64,000 nucleotides of DNA from an uncultured Gammaproteobacteria bacterium (lineage in GTDB: Bacteria > Actinomycetota > Acidimicrobiia > Spongiisociales > SHLN01): NCBI GenBank assembly GCA_964195905.1, contig CAXMQV010000127.1, forward strand, positions 17,681 through 81,680. Direction: 5' to 3'. Positions 43,768 to 52,450 of this stretch are shown piece by piece. Made by a program: the position numbers and the translations under genes. How positions within the stretch are numbered: the first letter of the stretch is position 1; each line of letters opens with the position of its first letter. Under the pieces are notes generated by a model, which was not told the origin of the DNA, did no database searches, and saw only the letters and a list, made by a program, of their open reading frames with translations.

Positions 43768-45189
43768 TCACGCCTCGAGCCACTCGGTGTGGGAGAACTC
43801 ACCCCTCGGCCGATCGACTCGCTCGTAGGTGTGGGCGCCGAAGTAATCCCGCTGCGCCTGGATCAGATTGGCGGGCAGCCGGGCGGTGCGATACCCGTCG
43901 TAGAAGGCGAGAGCGCTCGAGTAGGCGGGAACCGGAATCCCGGCCTCAACCGCTCGCACGACGGTGCGACGCCATCCTGGTTGAGCCTTCTCGAGCTCGG
44001 CGCGGAAGTAGTCGTCGATCACAAGCGATGCGAGATCGGGCGCTCCATCGAAGGCAGCCTTGATGTGCTCGAGCAGCACCGACCGGATGATGCATCCCTC
44101 GCGCCAGAGATAGGCGATGGCGCCGTAGTCGAGGTTCCACCCGTACTCGACGGCCGCCGCCCGCAGCAACATGAACCCCTGGGCATAGCTGACGATCTTC
44201 GATGCGTAGAGCGCGTCGTGGATGTCGGAAACGATCCCGGCACGGTCTCCACTCATGGCGGGATCGGGTCCACTGAGAAGACCGGCGGCCGCCTCCCGCT
44301 GGTCCTTCAGGGCCGACAGAACTCTCGCGTACACGGCCTCGGCTACGAGCGTTACCGGCACTCCGAGCGTGAGCGAGGAGATTCCGGTCCACTTCCCGGT
44401 GCCTTTCTGACCGGCGGTGTCGAGGATCTTCTCGAGGAGCGGCTCCCCATCACCATCGCGCACCGCCATGATGTCGGCGGTGATATCGGTGAGGTACGAA
44501 TCGAGCGGCCCGTCCTTCCAACTCCGGAACGTCGCGGCCATGTCGTCGTGCGACATGGCGAGCCCGGCGTACATGAGCGAGTAGGCCTCGGCCAGCACTT
44601 GCATATCGCCGTACTCGATGCCGTTGTGAACCATCTTCACGTAGTGGCCGGCTCCGTCGCTCCCCACCCAATCGCAGCAGGGTGTGCCGTCCGCCACCTT
44701 GGCCGAGATTGCCTGCAGAATGTCCTTGACCGCCGGCCATGCCGCCACCGAGCCGCCCGGCATGATTGACGGGCCGAATCGGGCACCCTCTTCACCCCCG
44801 GAGACGCCGGTCCCGATGAAGAGGAGCCCTTGCTCTTCGATCTCACGGGTGCGGCGAATGGTGTCTTCGTAGTGGGCGTTGCCTCCGTCGATGATGATGT
44901 CGCCATCATCGAGCAGGCCAACCAGCTGACCGATGACCGCATCGGTGCCGGACCCGGCCTGGACCATGATCATCACCCGTCGGGGCGACGCCAGCATCCC
45001 GACCAGCTCCTCGAGGGTGGCGGCGGCTGCGATCCCGGCCGCCCGGCCCTCCTCTTCCATGAAGGCGTCGGTCTTGGTGGTGGTCCGGTTGTAGACCGCG
45101 ACCTGGTACCCATGGTCGGCCATGTTGAGGGCGAGGTTGCGACCCATGACGGCGAGGCCGATCACGGCGATATCAGCAGGTTGGTTCAT
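43768..45189 (-). CDS. gnd: 6-phosphogluconate dehydrogenase (decarboxylating)
   Basis: IGLAVMGRNLALN, GGNAHYEDT, GAGHYVKMVHNGIEYGDMQ. Confidence 0.95.
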   Translation of the reverse strand: MNQPADIAVIGLAVMGRNLALNMADHGYQVAVYNRTTTKTDAFMEEEGRAAGIAAAATLEELVGMLASPRRVMIMVQAGSGTDAVIGQLVGLLDDGDIIIDGGNAHYEDTIRRTREIEEQGLLFIGTGVSGGEEGARFGPSIMPGGSVAAWPAVKDILQAISAKVADGTPCCDWVGSDGAGHYVKMVHNGIEYGDMQVLAEAYSLMYAGLAMSHDDMAATFRSWKDGPLDSYLTDITADIMAVRDGDGEPLLEKILDTAGQKGTGKWTGISSLTLGVPVTLVAEAVYARVLSALKDQREAAAGLLSGPDPAMSGDRAGIVSDIHDALYASKIVSYAQGFMLLRAAAVEYGWNLDYGAIAYLWREGCIIRSVLLEHIKAAFDGAPDLASLVIDDYFRAELEKAQPGWRRTVVRAVEAGIPVPAYSSALAFYDGYRTARLPANLIQAQRDYFGAHTYERVDRPRGEFSHTEWLEA

Positions 45190-45225
45190 ACGGCCAAGTT
45201 AGCAATGCCGCCGCCCGCTACCCGC

Positions 45226-45274
45226 CAATCGGCATCAGGCATCAGGCATCAGGCATCAGTTGACAGTTGACAGC
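45226..45274. repeat. tandem heptamer array (CATCAGG x4-5 then TGACAGT x2)
   Basis: caatcgg catcagg catcagg catcagg catcagt tgacagt tgacagc. Confidence 0.9.
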
Positions 45275-45301
45275 AAGAATCGTTGGCGTCAGGCATAGCG
45301 A

Positions 45302-45315
45302 AAACGGGAAACGGG
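45302..45315. repeat. heptamer doublet (AAACGGG) x2
   Basis: aaacggg aaacggg. This is the complement of the CCCGTTT family at 58823. Confidence 0.7.
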
Positions 45316-45348
45316 CAAGTCTCTGATCGCACCTCGTAAGATCACGAC

Positions 45349-45993
45349 ATGGATACCAAGACTGTGCTCGTGTTCGCCGGAGGGGAAGCGGTTGCGCTGA
45401 CCGGGCGGCTGCCGGAGGCCGACTTTGTGATCGCGGCCGACTCCGGGCTCGATCTCGCAGCCTCATTGGGGGTAGCGGTCGACTTGCTCGTTGGGGATCT
45501 CGATTCGGTTTCTCCTGAAGGCCTCGCCGGCGCCCGGCAAGCGGGAATTGCCATCGAGGAGCACCCGGCCGACAAGGATGCCACCGACCTCGAGCTCTCC
45601 CTCGCGGCAGCCGTCCGGCATGGTGCCGCCCGGATCGTCGTGATAGGCGGTGGAGGCGGTCGGATCGACCATCTCCTGGCCAACGCCATGTTGCTGACAT
45701 CTCCCGGCTGGGCCGAGCTCGACGTCGAGTGGCTCGTCGATGGTGCCCACATCATCGCAATCCGCCATGAAGCGACGATCCGCGGCACATCAGGCGACCT
45801 GCTGACCCTGCTGGCGGTTGGCGAGCCGGCCGACGGCGTGACTACCGAGGGCCTTCGCTACGAGCTCTCCGACGACGTGCTGCTTGCCAGCTCAACCCGG
45901 GGAGTCAGCAACGAGTTCGTGGCCGACACCGTCGTCGTCCGGGTCCGCAACGGAGTCCTGCTTGCCATCCATCAGCTGGCAACGGCCGGCTAG
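45349..45993 (+). CDS. thiamine pyrophosphokinase
   Basis: VIAADSGL, LLVGDLDS, KDATDLELSL, VVIGGGGGRIDH. Confidence 0.8.
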   Translation: MDTKTVLVFAGGEAVALTGRLPEADFVIAADSGLDLAASLGVAVDLLVGDLDSVSPEGLAGARQAGIAIEEHPADKDATDLELSLAAAVRHGAARIVVIGGGGGRIDHLLANAMLLTSPGWAELDVEWLVDGAHIIAIRHEATIRGTSGDLLTLLAVGEPADGVTTEGLRYELSDDVLLASSTRGVSNEFVADTVVVRVRNGVLLAIHQLATAG

Positions 45994-46001
45994 TCGACTT
46001 C

Positions 46002-46187
46002 GTGCAGCCCACCGACGACCTGGAACGGCGAACCACCGGGGCCGGCTGCACCAACGAGGAGCTGACCGAGCTCTTCACCGAACGCATCGGTGCCCTGTCG
46101 GTCGGATCTTCGAACCCCGCCGGTCGGTTCCTCGTTTCGCTGCTCACCGGGGCTGTCGAAAACGGCGAACTCGACTTCAGCAGCTAA
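46002..46187 (+). CDS. hypothetical small protein (61 aa)
   Basis: GTG start. Very high GC3 in this frame only. No family recognised. Confidence 0.45.
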   Translation: MQPTDDLERRTTGAGCTNEELTELFTERIGALSVGSSNPAGRFLVSLLTGAVENGELDFSS

Positions 46188-46220
46188 CCGGAGACCAGCA
46201 GCACAATTGCCGGCCGGCCG

Positions 46221-47138
46221 TCAAGCGCCGAATTTTGCTCCGAGCTTCTGGAACTCGTCCTGGTTGGACACGGGAATGAGATAGTCGTCGGTCGACCGGA
46301 TAACGTCGAGTTGATCGGCGATGTCCTCAATCGTGACCGGACCATCGGCGAGGGGATGTTTGAAGTACCCATCGGTCAAGCCGATGAAGAACCGGCTCAC
46401 CGATCCACCGCCCACCGACCAGACCTCACCGGTCAGCTCACACTGCTCGGACGCCAGGTAGGCGACCGCCGGGCTCACGAGCTCCGGCCCGAACTGTTTT
46501 GCGGTGATTCCGAAGGCACCCAATAGTTCCTCGGTCATGCGGGTGACCGCGATCGGCGCGATGGCGTTCACCTTGATGTTGTACTTGGCCCCCTCCAATT
46601 TGAGCACATTGACGAGACCGACCATCCCCATCTTGGCGGCGCCGTAGTTGGCCTGGCCGAAATTGCCGATCACCCCCGAGGCCGAGGATGTCATGACGAC
46701 CCTTCCGTACCCCTGCTCCCGCAGGTGGGGCCAGGCAGCCCGGGTCACATAGAAGGCGCCGCGCAAGTGCACGTCGAGCACGGCGGTGATCTGATCGACC
46801 TCAATGTTGTGAAATGCCTTGTCGCTGAGAATGCCGGCGTTGTTGATGACCACATCCAGCCGCCCGAACTCATCAAGAGCCTTCGCCACGATGGCGGCTC
46901 CCCCATCGGGCGTCGCCACCGACGAGTACTCGGCGACTGCCGCACCCCCCGCCGCCTTGATCTCCTCCACGACGCCATCGGCCGCGCTCGACGCTTGCCC
47001 GGTGCCATCGACACTGCCGCCCAGATCGTTGACGACTACGGCCGCCCCGCGCTCTGCCAGCAGCAGAGCGTGCCGGCGCCCGAGGCCGCCGCCGGCACCC
47101 GTGATTACCGCCACCCGGTCCCTGAAATCCACCATCAC
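46221..47138 (-). CDS. SDR-family oxidoreductase (MFE-2-type 3-hydroxyacyl-CoA dehydrogenase-like)
   Basis: VAVITGAGGGLGR...VVVNDLGG, NNAGI, YGAAK. Confidence 0.85.
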   Translation of the reverse strand: MMVDFRDRVAVITGAGGGLGRRHALLLAERGAAVVVNDLGGSVDGTGQASSAADGVVEEIKAAGGAAVAEYSSVATPDGGAAIVAKALDEFGRLDVVINNAGILSDKAFHNIEVDQITAVLDVHLRGAFYVTRAAWPHLREQGYGRVVMTSSASGVIGNFGQANYGAAKMGMVGLVNVLKLEGAKYNIKVNAIAPIAVTRMTEELLGAFGITAKQFGPELVSPAVAYLASEQCELTGEVWSVGGGSVSRFFIGLTDGYFKHPLADGPVTIEDIADQLDVIRSTDDYLIPVSNQDEFQKLGAKFGA

Positions 47139-47216
47139 ACGTCTCCTTCGGGGGTTTTTCCAACTGTAGTGCTGCCGCCGACCCCCCGATCGTGGCCGGT
47201 CTCCTAACCTGGGCGC

Positions 47217-48032
47217 ATGGCTGAGGTCCTCACAATCGAGCAGGCCAGATCGGTCGCCACCGTGTGGCTCGACCGCCCGGATGCCAGAAACGCCATGGGC
47301 GCAGATTTGTGGCGCGAGCTCCCCCTAACGATGGATTCCCTCGGGGATGATCCGGCGGTACGGGCAATCATCATCGCCGCCCGCGGTGATCACTTCACCG
47401 TCGGCCTCGACCTCAAGGAATTCGGCGCCGCCCTCATGTCGGGATTCGGGTCCGACCACGGGGTAGCAGGACGGCTCCAGACCCGCGCCCAGGTCAAGAT
47501 AATGCAGCGCACAATGACGTCGATCGCCCGCTGCCCCAAGCCGGTGATCGCAGCCGTCCACGGCTACTGCATCGGCGCCGGAGTGGACCTGATCACCGCC
47601 TGTGACATCCGGTTGGCATCGACCGACGCGGTGTTCTCGGTGCGAGAGACCCGCATGGGCATGGTGGCCGACGTGGGGACACTGCAGCGCCTCCCCCGGA
47701 TCCTGAACCCGGGTTACGTCGCCGAGCTCGCCTTCACCGGCAGAGATGTCGGAGCAAGTGAAGCACTCGAGATGGGCCTGGTCAGTCGGGTTTACGACGA
47801 CTCAGGTGCTCTCTTCGATGCGGCCACCGAGCTGGCGGAATCAATCGCCGCCAATTCCCCGTTGGCGGTGCAGGGTTCCAAGGCGGTGCTGGCCGCCACC
47901 GGGCACATGAGCGTCGATGAAGCGCTCGACTATGTCGCCGTCTGGAACGCCGCCTTCCTCCACTCCAACGACCTGCAGGAGGCAGTGCAAGCCTTCCTCG
48001 AGAAGCGACCGCCCGCGTTCGACGGCACCTGA
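47217..48032 (+). CDS. enoyl-CoA hydratase/isomerase (ECH1 dienoyl-CoA isomerase-like)
   Basis: AAVHGYCIGAGVDLITACDIRLAS...ETRMGMVADVGTLQRLPR. Confidence 0.85.
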   Translation: MAEVLTIEQARSVATVWLDRPDARNAMGADLWRELPLTMDSLGDDPAVRAIIIAARGDHFTVGLDLKEFGAALMSGFGSDHGVAGRLQTRAQVKIMQRTMTSIARCPKPVIAAVHGYCIGAGVDLITACDIRLASTDAVFSVRETRMGMVADVGTLQRLPRILNPGYVAELAFTGRDVGASEALEMGLVSRVYDDSGALFDAATELAESIAANSPLAVQGSKAVLAATGHMSVDEALDYVAVWNAAFLHSNDLQEAVQAFLEKRPPAFDGT

Positions 48033-48033
48033 G

Positions 48034-48753
48034 GTGGCTACCTTCCTGCGCTCGCTGGTCGCCTATCCCGCTATCGCTCTCTCGACGCTCGTCTTTGGCG
48101 GAATCGCCATCCTCGGAAGCCGGCTTCCCCGGCACTGGCTGGTGCCCGATCGGGCCGCCTCAACGTGGGCCCGGTTCTTCCTTTTCGTCGCCGGGCTCCG
48201 AGTGGAGGTGGAAGGCCGCGAGCATCTTCGCCCCGAGCGCCCGCAGGTGGTGGTCTCCAATCACCTCTCAAACCTCGACCCGATGGTCTGCTGGCTCGCC
48301 CTCCAACCCATCCACTACCGGTTCATGGCCAAGAAAGAGGTCTTCAAGATCCCCTTCTTCCGGACAGTCATCAAAACCATGCACATGGTCAAGGTCGACC
48401 GGCAGGCAGGCGCCGGAGGGTACGAGTTCATCAACCAGCAGATTCGTGAGGTGTTCGCGCTCGGCCTTTCCCTCCTCATCTACGGAGAGGGCACCCGGTC
48501 CCGCACCCATGATGTGAAGGAGTTCAAGAAAGGGCCGTTCATCATCGCCAACGCGGTCGATGCCCCCATCCTGCCGGTGACCATCGAAGGAACCGAACGG
48601 GCCTGGGCACCCGGCGATTGGAGAATGCGCGGTGGACGGGCCAGGGTTGTCATCCACCCGCTTGTGGAACAGAGTGGCACCCCCACCGAGATGCGTTCAC
48701 AGATCGAGACCCTCATCCGGGCCACCTACGAGGACCTAGCGACCGGCGCCTAA
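48034..48753 (+). CDS. 1-acyl-sn-glycerol-3-phosphate acyltransferase family
   Basis: GTG start one nt after the upstream stop. NHLSNLDP (HX4D), YGEGTRS. Confidence 0.8.
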   Translation: MATFLRSLVAYPAIALSTLVFGGIAILGSRLPRHWLVPDRAASTWARFFLFVAGLRVEVEGREHLRPERPQVVVSNHLSNLDPMVCWLALQPIHYRFMAKKEVFKIPFFRTVIKTMHMVKVDRQAGAGGYEFINQQIREVFALGLSLLIYGEGTRSRTHDVKEFKKGPFIIANAVDAPILPVTIEGTERAWAPGDWRMRGGRARVVIHPLVEQSGTPTEMRSQIETLIRATYEDLATGA

Positions 48754-49479
48754 CCGGCCCGTAGCCGCCACCAGCTCATCGAAGGTATTTTCAGATTCAA
48801 GGTTCGAATCTGACATCCACCGCTGGTACTCGTCATAGGTCGCCATCGCCTCGAGGCGCCGACCGTCGACGAACAGCGCCTGTACCAGCAGCCGCCAGAA
48901 TCGCTCCCGGTAGGGATACTCGATGACGAGGGCTCGCAGCCGGGATGCGCATTCTGCCCATTGCCCGAGCCGCAGCTCGCATTCGGTTTCGATCTCCACC
49001 GCCAGCAATCGCAGCTCCTCCAGTCGAATCGCCTCGAGGTGCCCGAACTCCTCGTCGCCCAGCAACCCGAGCACCGGGCCTCGCCAGAGAGCAATCGCCG
49101 CCCGGGTGGCCTCGAGAGCCGCTCCGGGGTCATCGGCCAAACGGGCCCGGGCCTCATGCACGAGCCGTTCGAACCGGCACGAGTCGAGCTGCTCGCACTC
49201 AGCCACGAGCATGTACGAGTGGTCCTCGTTGAGGATGGCGTCGGATCCGAGCAGATGCCGCAATCGGGAGACATAAGACTGGATGGTGCCATCGGCCGAC
49301 GGCGGCGGGTCGTCGCCCCACACCACCCAGGCCAGTTCGTCGGCGCGAACCGAATGATTGGCACTGAGCACCAGGGCCGCCAGGACGGCCCGTTGGTGAT
49401 GGCCCCCGATGTGGATCGTCTCACCATTGCGACGGGCCTCGACAGGGCCAAGGATGAGGATCTCGGTGTCAGGTCGCAT
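48736..49479 (-). CDS. small SARP-family regulator (OmpR-type winged helix plus BTAD)
   Basis: Start MRPDTEILILGPVEARRNG. Also QRAVLAALVL, LWRGPVLG, RERFWRLLVQALFVDGRRLEAMATYDEY. Confidence 0.8.
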   Translation of the reverse strand: MRPDTEILILGPVEARRNGETIHIGGHHQRAVLAALVLSANHSVRADELAWVVWGDDPPPSADGTIQSYVSRLRHLLGSDAILNEDHSYMLVAECEQLDSCRFERLVHEARARLADDPGAALEATRAAIALWRGPVLGLLGDEEFGHLEAIRLEELRLLAVEIETECELRLGQWAECASRLRALVIEYPYRERFWRLLVQALFVDGRRLEAMATYDEYQRWMSDSNLESENTFDELVAATGRLGAGR

Positions 49480-49527
49480 GTCCCTCCTACCTTCAGTCAA
49501 CCGTGCCGACCGCCTCCGGCCTAGAGG

Positions 49528-49558
49528 CTTGTGACCACAATCACAAGGTTCTTGCAAG
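49528..49558. promoter_or_regulatory. two palindromes (CTTGTGA-N6-TCACAAG and CTTGCAAG) in the SARP / repeat-protein divergent spacer
   Basis: Read directly at 49528-49547 and 49551-49558. Candidate operator sites only. Confidence 0.3.
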
Positions 49559-49612
49559 GACTTCTCCGGAACGTTCCAAGCCCGCTGCCGGACACTTGAA
49601 GGGAAGAAAGGA

Positions 49613-50275
49613 ATGATAATGGCGGATTTGCTCGACAAGAAGACGTCGGCCGGGACCAAAACTCCCACGGCGCCCGAGAAACAGCGGCTCGATCTCCGGC
49701 CCCAGCTGAAGGCTCCTCCGGCGCCGCGAATCCGCCGGTGGATCCAGTGGATGGCGGCGTTCGTGGTGCTCGCCGCAGCGGCAGCTCTCGCCACCGTCTG
49801 GGGCGACGGAGCAACGACTGCCTACGATCGAGGGGACGAGCACGGCCCGTACACGGCCCTGGCCGTCCGCGACCTGACCGGCGTCGACCTGGGATCCCGG
49901 CTGGCCGGCCTTGACCCCGTCTTTGATCCTGCCGTGGTCCCCGAACACGGGGCGTTCACGGCCATGGTCTACCGTGATGTCACCGCGGGGGTGAACCGGT
50001 TCACCGGTCTCGACGCCAACCTCGACCCGAATGTGATTCTCGGCAGCGGCTATCACACACTCATGCCGCCCACGTGGACCGCCCTCGAGGTCGACACCCG
50101 AGTGGCCGGTCTCGACCTCAATCTGGACCCCGACGTGATACTCGGAGCCGGCTACCACACCCTGATGCCCGCCACCTGGGGATCGGGAACGGTTGATCGC
50201 TTCGCCGGCACCGACGCCAACCTGGACCCCAACGTCTGGCCCGACCCCCGACCCATAACCCAACGGGGTCTCTGA
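49613..50275 (+). CDS. single-pass membrane protein built from ~35-aa GLDxNLDPxV(ILGxGYHTLMPxTW) repeats
   Basis: TM WIQWMAAFVVLAAAAALATVW followed by four recognisable repeats. No family recognised. Confidence 0.6.
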   Translation: MIMADLLDKKTSAGTKTPTAPEKQRLDLRPQLKAPPAPRIRRWIQWMAAFVVLAAAAALATVWGDGATTAYDRGDEHGPYTALAVRDLTGVDLGSRLAGLDPVFDPAVVPEHGAFTAMVYRDVTAGVNRFTGLDANLDPNVILGSGYHTLMPPTWTALEVDTRVAGLDLNLDPDVILGAGYHTLMPATWGSGTVDRFAGTDANLDPNVWPDPRPITQRGL

Positions 50276-50282
50276 TTCGGGG

Positions 50283-50310
50283 CCGGTGACCGGTGACAGG
50301 TGACCGGTGA
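50283..50310. repeat. tandem heptamer array (CCGGTGA) x4
   Basis: ccggtga ccggtga caggtga ccggtga. Fills most of the 41-nt convergent spacer. Confidence 0.9.
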
Positions 50311-50316
50311 CCTTCT

Positions 50317-51789
50317 TTAGTCATAGATCCCCACCAGGAACGCCTCCCCCTGGCGGACCTCACAGAGGAAGGCTCCGGCAGAGGTAACGAGTTGGTAGCG
50401 ATCTGCGGAGGGCTCTCCCTCCCACCACCGCCCGACTCGACGCCATGGACCGGCCCAGGACAGAATCGGTTCCCACCGGGTCCTGAGCCGGATCCGAGCG
50501 GGCAGACCGTCCTCCCATTCCACGCCAACCGGCCGGGGCTGGGGAGGCACGAGCGTGGGCGACGGAGCAGGAAGGCGTCCCGGCCAGGGAGCCGATGGAT
50601 CTCGCGATGGTGCAGGCGCCGGTTCCCCCCATCGAAACCACTGGACCTGGTCTAGTGGATCCCTGCCTCCCTGGCGGCGAGCTTGCAGCACTGCTTCTGG
50701 CCCGACCAGCGCCTGGGCACGGATAAGAGCCCGGGTGGCCTCCGCTTCGCTGGTCGGATCCTCGGTCAAACCAAGCTGGCGCCCCTCCCCCGACACATCG
50801 GCAGGCATCACACGCAGCCTGCGCAACCCACCGGCGATTCCCCCCGACTCCACCCAGGCCCGCAACTGCCATCGAATCCGCTCGGCCAGGTTGGCCTCGT
50901 CAAAGGGGTCGGCACTCCGCCACACCCGTTTGAGCACCGTGCCGGCAACCGACTCGGCTTCAATTTCCACCCGGTGGGGAGCCGTACCCTCCGCTCTCAG
51001 TCCATCCAACAGTCGGTGAGCCAGGTTGCGTGAAGCAAATCCGGCCTGCTCGAGGTTGACGAGCGGGTCTTCGAATTTCTCTTCAACCGCATGGTCCTCC
51101 GGCACAATACGCGGGTGGGTATCGCGATCCTCGCCCGAGGCGTAGCGATGGGCATCCAGGCCGAGCGTGCCGAACCGGGAGGCCACCGCCGCCCGGGGAA
51201 GGTTTGCCAGTTCGCCGAGCGTGGTGATCCCGAGCCAGCGGAATGTCGAGGCCAGCTCATCACTCCCGATGGCTCCGACATCGAGCGATGAGAGAAACGC
51301 CGCCTCGTCGGTGACGATGAAAGGCCCACCATCTCGCTCCGCCAATACGGCAGCCTGGTGGGCGGCAAAAGGGCCCTGGGCAACTCCCAGGGCAGCCCCC
51401 GGGCCGGCCACCGCCTCGATGGCACCAACCACTTGATCGACGAGGACACTCTCGCCTCCGTAGTAGCGGACCGCCCCACCGACGGGGACATACACGAGAC
51501 CGGGATGGACCATTTCAACCCGTGGAATCAAGGCTTCGATCGCCGCCACTACGGGCTCGAACCCTCCAGCCTCCGCCCCTCGATCCTGGCCATACGTAAC
51601 AACAGACGGGCACACGGCTTCGGCTTCTCTCCGCAGCATCCCTCCCTGCACGCCCTGCCCGCGGGCCAGGGCATTGGCCGCGACGATCCGATTGGTGTCA
51701 TCGACGACCTGGCACGGCCTATCCGACGGCGCGTCCAGGCAACGCAACGGCCAATCGGGAAACCACACGCATAGTGTCCGCGCCATCAT
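50317..51789 (-). CDS. imuB: ImuB (Y-family polymerase-like mutasome subunit)
   Basis: MMARTLCVWFPDWPL N-terminus. Position downstream of imuA'. Confidence 0.85.
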   Translation of the reverse strand: MMARTLCVWFPDWPLRCLDAPSDRPCQVVDDTNRIVAANALARGQGVQGGMLRREAEAVCPSVVTYGQDRGAEAGGFEPVVAAIEALIPRVEMVHPGLVYVPVGGAVRYYGGESVLVDQVVGAIEAVAGPGAALGVAQGPFAAHQAAVLAERDGGPFIVTDEAAFLSSLDVGAIGSDELASTFRWLGITTLGELANLPRAAVASRFGTLGLDAHRYASGEDRDTHPRIVPEDHAVEEKFEDPLVNLEQAGFASRNLAHRLLDGLRAEGTAPHRVEIEAESVAGTVLKRVWRSADPFDEANLAERIRWQLRAWVESGGIAGGLRRLRVMPADVSGEGRQLGLTEDPTSEAEATRALIRAQALVGPEAVLQARRQGGRDPLDQVQWFRWGEPAPAPSRDPSAPWPGRLPAPSPTLVPPQPRPVGVEWEDGLPARIRLRTRWEPILSWAGPWRRVGRWWEGEPSADRYQLVTSAGAFLCEVRQGEAFLVGIYD

Positions 51790-52315
51790 CCTCCACTTCG
51801 AGTATGTGATGTATCCCCCCTACCCCCTTGCCCGAAGCGGCCAGAGTGACCCGCCGCTCCCCCAACCGGCCTCTTCCCCGCTCGACTCCCTCCCAGGCCA
51901 CCTCCTGTGCCTCCAGTCGAAGATGGGTGATGCCAGTCGGAATATCCCCATCGATCGGGCGTAGGACAACCGACGTCGACCGGACTCGGGCGAGAGCCCC
52001 GAGGCGGCGCAACAGAGGGGTGGCCACGCCAGCCGGAATCTCGGCATACACCGCTTGCATTCCCTCAACGAGGGCGGCGGTGACCTGCGGCCAGCGGCGG
52101 GCATCGGGGCATCGGACCACCACCATCCGTTCGGCCGACACGCCCATCTCCCAGAGGGCAAGCGGGTTGAGCCACCCGCGCACATCAACACACGCCACCC
52201 ACCCCGGTTGATCCCTCAGCAGTCCCATTCCCAGCCGGGTCAGGCCCGACCCGGGGGCTCCGATCAGCCCAATTATTTTTCCTGCCTCTAGTTCCAACGT
52301 CATAGGACAGTTCAC
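51719..52315 (-). CDS. imuA': ImuA' (RecA-fold SOS mutasome subunit)
   Basis: GLIGAPGSGLTRLG P-loop-like segment. LexA box immediately upstream. Precedes imuB, with a 71-nt overlap as called. Confidence 0.7.
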   Translation of the reverse strand: MNCPMTLELEAGKIIGLIGAPGSGLTRLGMGLLRDQPGWVACVDVRGWLNPLALWEMGVSAERMVVVRCPDARRWPQVTAALVEGMQAVYAEIPAGVATPLLRRLGALARVRSTSVVLRPIDGDIPTGITHLRLEAQEVAWEGVERGRGRLGERRVTLAASGKGVGGIHHILEVEDDGADTMRVVSRLAVALPGRAVG

Positions 52316-52320
52316 AGTAA

Positions 52321-52336
52321 TCGAACATATGTTCGA
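52321..52336. promoter_or_regulatory. LexA (SOS) box TCGAACATATGTTCGA upstream of imuA'-imuB
   Basis: Identical 16-mer to the dnaE2 box. It lies 6 nt upstream of the imuA' ORF start. Confidence 0.85.
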
Positions 52337-52450
52337 TTACAAAAGGGGTTGGAGAGCGGCTCAACTGGCCCGGAGTGGGCGCCGACAACCTAAGTACACT
52401 GACCGCTTCTGGGGGAAGACCAGGGCGGCAGGGGTCACGACAGGAAATAG

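Noticed and set aside
43288-44769. 493-aa + strand ORF
   Set aside because: It spans bpa and gnd on the opposite strand, and both of those are recognised with high confidence.
48791-48813. tRNA T-arm-like string GGTTCGAATC within the hairpin TCAGATTC..GAATCTGA
   Set aside because: There is no acceptor, D or anticodon arm around it, and it lies inside the SARP coding sequence (SDSNLESEN).
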